Source: Phyllosticta citribraziliensis (Eukaryota). Taken from it: DNA of 64,000 nucleotides. The notes beneath the pieces are model-generated. The model was not told where the DNA came from. It did no database searches and saw only the letters and a list, made by a program, of their open reading frames with translations. Each line of letters begins with the position of its first letter. Position 1 is the first letter of the stretch. This document shows, in pieces, positions 57,455 through 64,000 of this stretch. Where the stretch lies: assembly GCF_038025025.1 (NCBI RefSeq), contig NW_027117349.1:1116001-1180000 (forward strand), given 5' to 3'. A program made the position numbers and the translations under genes.

Positions 57455-60400
57455 GTGGGTACCGAGAGGCGTGGACGTCGTTGCGGCTCGTTGGCGGTGG
57501 CGTGGACGGTGGCATGCTTGGGTAGTCTGGCAACTGGTTGGCCTTTTCCTTCTTCCATTTTTCCTTTTCTTGCCCATGAGGGATGGCTTGGGGCGCGGTA
57601 TGGCATGGCATGGCATGGGATGTTTGGCATTGCGATGTGCACTCTTGCGGCGTCTAATATACACCACAGCATGGAGTGTAAGAAATACACACAGAGGGAG
57701 AAGTTAATGAGAGAATCGAATGTTCTTCGTTCGAGAAAGCTATTCTGGACGGATGGAGTAAGTACAGCTCAAGCTCGTGTCTAGCAATGACTTTGACGTC
57801 TTGCATTACTGTCTATCTGTAAATTGTAAGCCTGTACCTGGCATGGAGAGAGCAGTGATGCTGAGCACACGTAAATGGTTACATGAGGGACCACCAGCTA
57901 AACGTGGAACATGGAAGTCCTCTTCTCCCACTATTCTTTCCTACCTGCTACCAACCTACCCTGTTGTTCTTCTCATTCATTGATTCATCCATCCGCTCTC
58001 TGCATGCCTCGCAGTCTGCCGTTCCTCTCCTGTCTCTTCTCTCCTGATTCTACATGCGAGTCCCCGCAACCGGGTCTCAGGTCTGTTTGTTTCTGTCTGA
58101 CCGTCTCTTACTCCAGCCGTCTCGGCAACCGTCCGTCGTCCGTCATCTGTCGTCGTCATTCGCCTTTCACCGTTTGCCCGCCTGTCAGCTGTGCGCTTCC
58201 CACTCGCTCCCTGAACCAAACAGCAGCAGCGTCTCATCCTCACCGACTCCTCGCCTCCCATATCTCAGAAGACACTCGCCAGGCCATTGGGCTGGCAAGC
58301 AGGCAGGCAGGCAGGCAGGCAAGCGAGCATGCGGCGGCAGCTGTTGGGGCTGGGCTGGGGCTGGGGCTGGACCAGAACAGCAACCCGCCGGCGAGTGATG
58401 ATGGGGCAAACCGCCGAAGCGGGCAGCGGAGGAGTACACGGTACGCCCAGTACATAGTAGTGGAGTCACTACCACTATTTTGTCAGTCGTCAGTCGTCGA
58501 ACCGGCCGACTGGGTGCGGTCCATGAGTTGCGCCGACTGCCGTCGCCGCCGCTCGGCGATCGTCATTATTATGCCGCCAGCCATCCACCAGATTGATTCG
58601 CCTGCCTGCCTGCCGCTCGCTCGGCGGCGTTTTCTTCTCCTCGTCTTCTCTTTGCTTGCATCGCTGGCGCTCTGCTCTGTCCTGCTCTTTCCAGGTCCGA
58701 CGCTGTCATGTTCGTCACTGTTTTCTGCCATGGAAAGACTGAACGAGCGGCAGAACAAGAACTGAGAAGAAAAGAATAAAAAGAGGCTAGTCATGCGGCA
58801 GCCAGCCGTGTCAGTGCGGCGGCGGTCTGTTCGTTCAGGTCCGTTCGTTCGTCAAGTACCCGTCCGTCCGCCCGCCCGTCCGTCCGTTGGTGCCCGCGCT
58901 CCCGCTCCCGCTCCCGTCACGTCAAGTTCGTACACAGATGCAGCATACGATGGACATAAAAACACACATGATGGGGAGCGAGCGGTCGTTGGAGCCTGGT
59001 CCTTGGGGCCGGCCGGCTGTCTGGCCGCCTGGAGAGGCAGGCACGTGGGCCGTCTGCTCCACTGCTGCAACAGCGTCATCTGTTGATATTCTGGGTCCGG
59101 TCCGCTGATGAGAGGATTTTTCGTCTTTTTTTCCTTTTCTCTGTTGGTGGTGGAGTGGGATGTGCCGCCATTTTCTCGCTGGCCGGTTGCGTTCGATGCA
59201 CGAACGGTACGGGCGAATGACTGGCCTTGTGGGGTCACGGCGTGAGGTTAGTTAGATCTGGGGAGGTTTGTTGGTATGTTTGTTGGTTTGTCTGCGATGG
59301 CTGGGACCACCACCACCCACTGCGTTGCGTGTACCTATCATCGCCTTGCATGGCCCTCGCGTCCCACTTTCCGTCTCCTTCTCGTTGTCAACATTGTTTC
59401 TTCAATCCTTCATCTCACAGCAGCATTAGCGCCTCCGCTATCCAACATCAGCATATCAGCTTGCCGCTGCTGGCTGCCATCGTCCAGGCTTCGCTTCACC
59501 ACTCGCCTCCTTCCGTCCTCACCGTCTGTCTGTCTGGCCGGGGAGCGCATCGCAGTCGTCGAATATATGTATACAAATGCATGCAACATGAGCTGGCAGA
59601 GCCGCCCGCGCGCGGTGCTGGGTCCGCCGCCCCGGCCCCGTCACGAGGCTCCCGCCGCTCAGCACCTCAGTCGGGTATGGCATGGATGTGGAGCGCAGCA
59701 GCGGAGTGGAGCACGGGCGGTGCAGGCGTCCGTGGCAGGCCGGGGAGGGGAGCAACCCACCGGGGGCCAGGGGCTGCGCGGCGCTGAGCCGAGCTGCGGT
59801 GGGTTGGGATGGGCTGGACGCTTCTTCTACGGAGCACTCCTGGGCCTCCGTGCGTACGTGCGCGTGCGCAGTATGCTGATGGTAAGTACCTACGTCGTTC
59901 CATGGCTTGCTTGCTTGCTTCTTGAGACTGTCGCTTGCGGCCATTGGCGGAGAGTGTGCGGTAGTGGTAGTGGATTGAGCAATGGATGTGGATGGTGGGT
60001 TTGTAGGGGAAGATTTGGAAAGATTGGAAAGACAGGCCTGGCCTAGCGCAGATTCAACCCGATATCCAGCAAACAGACGCATGGCCGAACACATGTACAT
60101 CCATACATACAAATGTACATACAAAATCAGCACGCATGAAGCGAGACCGACGTGTCAAAAGCAGAGAAAGGCAAACAAAGCCATCCATCCATCCATCCAA
60201 CTACATACCCATTTTTCGACTCCACGTGTAGGTTTTGCTGCTGCGGGCACACGTGCCTGTGTCGTCAGTTGGGTAGATACCTTGCCCCAGGTCTGAGTCT
60301 AAGTCTGGGTCTGTAGTCATGCATGAATGTACACACACAGAACCTGAGAACCAGCAAGCGGCAGGCGACGGCGCTGGTTGGTACGCGGCAAGGGCAGAAG

Positions 60401-60698
60401 CGCCGGCGGACGCGGATGTGGATGCGGCTCTGGACAGTGCAGTGCCACTGCCGCTGCCGCTGCCGCTGCCGCCCACTCCTCGCATGATATGGCGTGGCGT
60501 GGCGTAGCGTCCATAGAAGAGGCTCAAGCAAGGGAAGAAGAGGTAGGATAAGAGGGGGAAAAGATCCCAGCAAGCCAGCGAGCAAAGCAAAGGGAAGGGA
60601 GGAGACGAGACGTGACAGGCGTGAGTGACGAGACGAGATGAGACAATACACAAGCCAGAGCGGACAGGACGGGTGTGTGTGCTCCAACGCCAGCCATG

Positions 60699-60725
60699 TG
60701 TATGTATGTATGTATGTATGTATGT
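60699..60725. repeat. (TATG)n microsatellite
   Basis: About 6 tandem TATG units. Confidence 0.85.
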
Positions 60726-61085
60726 GTGTAGTCAGTCGCGGTCTGGTGCCATGCTATATACATAGACAGACAGACAGAAAGAGAGATGTCTAGCCAGAGA
60801 GAGAGAAAGACGGCTGCCCAGCCACATGTATGTACGTAGTGGTGGAGGTTGATAGATGGATGTACACATGATGAGCGCGCGTGCGCGCGAGAGCCATCAC
60901 CAGAGCCAGACAACAGCCAGACATACATGCATCTGGGGAAGTCGTCCCGTCCGTCCGTCCGTCCGTCCGGCCAGCCGGGCAGCTGCCCGCGCCCGTCGCA
61001 CAGCACAGTGCGCCAATCCCAAGGTACAGACATACAGACATACAGACATACATACTCCACGTGAGGCTGTGTCTGTGGCCCCCCA

Positions 61086-61114
61086 CCCCCCCCCCCCCCC
61101 CCCCCCCCCCCCCC
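61086..61114. repeat. Poly-C tract (29 nt; poly-G on minus strand)
   Basis: Uninterrupted run of C. Confidence 0.9.
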
Positions 61115-62501
61115 TGGCCCGCAGCCCGGCACCTCAGCGAGTGGTACATGTACGTGGTACGGCCCGTGGCGTCCGCCCTCCCATCCCATCATCATGAGGG
61201 GTTTTTTGGTCTGCCAGCCTGCCAGCCAGCCTGTGCTGTGCTGCAGCCTCCCTGCCTTGCCTTGTCTGGACCACCACCGCCGCCGCCGCCGCCGCACGCC
61301 AGCCAACCAAAAACCTTGCTTCGGTGGCTGCTGTTTGATTGGTCCGTCACTCGTTTGCTGGCTCGCTGCGTTGCGTTTCGTTCGCTGCGCTCGCTTCCGC
61401 CCACCTGGCCTGGCGGCGGCGGCAGATAGATGCGCTTGGGAGACCGTCTCTGCGGCCGCCCGCCCGAGACAGGCCTGGCTGCCCACGTACAGTACGGTAG
61501 TACGTCCTCATGCAGCTGCCTGCCTGCCGTAAGGCGCGACCACCGCGACCAAGCAAGGGAGGGGAGAGAGAAAAAAAGGTCTGTCGTCATGTGTTGTCAT
61601 TGCAACTCAGCAAGCACCACCAAAAAGCAAAAAAAAGTCCGCGGGAGAACGCAGAGGCGCGGCGTAGCGTAGAACCAACAAAAGCCGAAACAAATGCAAA
61701 TTCGCCCACCACTCAATTGTGGTCGTGGAGTAAGTAGTAGGTAGTGTAGGTAAGGTACGGTAAATAGCGGTAGGTAGTTTCCCAAAACAGCCCCGCGTGA
61801 GCGGATCGACTTCTTGCTGTCGCTTTTCTTTTCGGGGGGGAAAGTGGGAGAGGGCCAGTTTCAACGACGTCGCAATGCACTGCCGTTTTCCTCCCTCACT
61901 TACAGTCCTAACCCCCTGATAAAAACATGAGACAATGAAGGGTGTTGAAGGAAGAAAAAATAAGAATAAGAAAGAAGGAAATAAAAAAGGGAAAAAAAGG
62001 AAAGCTACAGAGGTATCACAATTACATGGTAGTTACCCTGCTTGCCGCAGCTGCTGCTGCAGGGCCCCCTTTCGAAACCGAGATGCCCTATCCCAACCCA
62101 ACCAACCAACCCAAACAGATCCAGACAGACAGACCCGACAACGCAACGTAACACAACAACAACAACAACAAGTCCTGAGAACCAGACTACCTAGCCAATG
62201 AATGTGCAATGAAAGGGAGACGAGAGAAAAAAAGGGAGAAGGGAAAGAAAGGGAGTCTTCTTCAGGACTGACTGACTCTGCCCAAAACCTGTTGCCCCGT
62301 ATATGTATGCCCTTGGACCGTAACCAGCCAGCCGGATCAAACGACGCGACGCCGCCAAGCACCACAGTGGGAGGGTTCTGCCAATCCAATCGGAACCGGC
62401 AATGGCGATGATGATGAATGGAACGAAAAAAAGAAAAGAAAAGAAAGGGGAGAGGAAGCCTCCGAGCAACGACAACAACAACGAGGACACACAAAGCTCT
62501 C

Positions 62502-64000
62502 TCAAGCCTTGCGGACGAGCTCCTGCTCCGGGATGCGGTGCAAGCCGCCCGGCAGGTTCTCGCCCAGCACCACCATGCTTCCGCTGTTGTTGTTGTTGCG
62601 CTGCTGCTGCTGCTGCTGCAGCCGCAGCTTCTCCATCAGCTTGCCAATGGTGACGTACTCCTGCGGCTCGACGAAGCCGCTGGGCTGGTGCTGGAAGAAG
62701 CTCATGACGAGTTCGAGAGCCTTCCTTGCGTCCTCCTGGGACGGCGATGACGACAAGGGGCCAGTGCAGCTGTTGCTGCCGGGACTGACCGGTGAAATTT
62801 GCTGCGTCGTGGTGGTTGCAGGGGTCAGTGCCGGAAGCGGCGGCGGCTGCATCGACGTCGTCTGGTGTTGTAACAGCGTGCTTGGCTGCTGCGACTGCTG
62901 CTGCTGCTGCTGATGCTGCATCATCTCTTCAACACCTCCCATCGACGGATCCGCTATGGGCGACTCCAGTGTCGTCGACGTGACGTAGCGGGGAGTTTCG
63001 GCTTCAGACGACGACGGCGGAGACCCGTACGGATCTATGCCAAGCGCCGGGAAGCTTTGACTTCTTTGCGTCACACTGCGCGGCTGCTGCGACGGCATGA
63101 AGGGGCTGGGCCCGCACACGGAGTCGGGCGTGAAGAAGGGCGACGTCGGGCTCGTGGGTCCCGCCGAAAAGGTCGAGCCGGCCGCATCGGTAAAGACGCT
63201 CGACAAGGACGTGTTGCTCTGCGAATGGGGAAATGGGCGGTTCGGTTGGTCTCTGTAACTGTCGGGGCTTTCCGTCTTGACGAGACTCTCCTCGCTCTTG
63301 AGGGAACTCGAGGTCAAGGGTGAGGGCGACGATATTCCCCGTGGGGAACAGGGTGACATTTCGTTGGGGGTATGTGCGCTCGATGGTGGATTCGACGGTT
63401 CCGAGTCCTCGGCAATGGACCGCTTTCTCGACTTGGCCCCCATCAAGCTGTTCTTTTGCTTAAACTTTGCCAGCCAGGTGTTGCTATTGGCTTGGATGTG
63501 GCTTTCGGAACTGCCAACCGAGGCGGCGAAGAACTGGGCCTTTTCCTTGATCATGTCGTCTGTCAGAGGCAGTCCCTGCCGCTGGTGGTTTTTGGCCCAA
63601 TTTGCCAGTGCTCTCTCGACGTCTGGAAACTTGCTCTTGGACCTCTTGATGGGTGAACGGCTCCCGTCATCCTGGTACAAGTATTTTTCCTTTTGTCTCA
63701 GAACCTTGGATACGGTGCTGGAGGAAGTCAGTATGTCTTGCCATGTCCAACAAGCATGCGAGTAAGTACCTGCGCTCAACGCCAAACATGGCTGGTGGTC
63801 CACGTTAGCAATGACCATGGAAGGGGGTTGACTTGACTGACCTCCAATCTCCGTCTGCTTCACAGTGGGATGCTCCTCGTGATATAGACACATGCGCCGG
63901 CGGTCGTTGTCTGTGAGCGTCTTTCTGGGCGTTGAAGATGTCCGAGTCGAAGTGGCCGAGACCGGGGCCGGGGTCGCCTGTACTGGGGCAGGCGCAGGAG
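62502..64000 (-). CDS. CENP-B/Tc5-type double-HTH DNA-binding protein, 5' end outside the window
   Basis: RKTLTDNDRRRMCLYHEEHPTVKQTEIGAMFGVERSTVSKVLRQKEKYL after splicing (introns 63792-63841 and 63718-63769), then KFPDVERALANW...LTDDMIKEKAQFFA...WLAKFKQKN and a Ser/Pro/Gln-rich tail. Confidence 0.9.
   Translation of the reverse strand, partial: PAPAPVQATPAPVSATSTRTSSTPRKTLTDNDRRRMCLYHEEHPTVKQTEIGGQSSQPPSMVIANVDHQPCLALSAGTYSHACWTWQDILTSSSTVSKVLRQKEKYLYQDDGSRSPIKRSKSKFPDVERALANWAKNHQRQGLPLTDDMIKEKAQFFAASVGSSESHIQANSNTWLAKFKQKNSLMGAKSRKRSIAEDSEPSNPPSSAHTPNEMSPCSPRGISSPSPLTSSSLKSEESLVKTESPDSYRDQPNRPFPHSQSNTSLSSVFTDAAGSTFSAGPTSPTSPFFTPDSVCGPSPFMPSQQPRSVTQRSQSFPALGIDPYGSPPSSSEAETPRYVTSTTLESPIADPSMGGVEEMMQHQQQQQQSQQPSTLLQHQTTSMQPPPLPALTPATTTTQQISPVSPGSNSCTGPLSSSPSQEDARKALELVMSFFQHQPSGFVEPQEYVTIGKLMEKLRLQQQQQQRNNNNSGSMVVLGENLPGGLHRIPEQELVRKA

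Noticed and set aside
57911..61486. Long ORFs of 200-320 aa in the terminal gap
   Set aside because: Built from microsatellite translations (poly-G, WLAG, RRRR) with no domains or coding-like composition.
62502..64000. Active pogo/Tc5 transposon
   Set aside because: No DDE domain and no TIR at the 3' side; spliced, host-gene-like structure.

Overview
Gene-bearing region of a filamentous ascomycete. Short spliceosomal introns with CTRAC branch points, GC-rich DNA and microsatellite-rich intergenic stretches suggest Pezizomycotina, possibly a Dothideomycete (inference). I can support 19 protein-coding genes and one intron-containing tRNA-Lys(CTT). The left ~26 kb holds transport and catabolic-type genes with no PKS/NRPS backbone: MFS transporter, secreted SurE-like phosphatase, flavin monooxygenase, MetE-like Zn enzyme, UPF0303 protein, amino acid permease, DUF1772 oxygenase-like protein, atypical kinase, DUF3176 protein, P450 and a beta-amino-acid-transaminase-like enzyme. 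The right part holds regulatory or housekeeping genes separated by long non-coding gaps: Nrm1/Whi5-like, two uncharacterised proteins, ACS-family MFS, GID4/VID24, MED10, a PXA protein and a CENP-B-type HTH protein. The most notable observations are a 1.28 kb intron in the PXA gene with a repeated internal motif, three GC-AG introns, a transaminase resembling bacterial beta-phenylalanine aminotransferases next to a P450, a decayed dispersed TIR-like repeat family, and a two-subtype 42-bp minisatellite. All family assignments come from motif recognition; no searches were run, and no new biological system is demonstrated.
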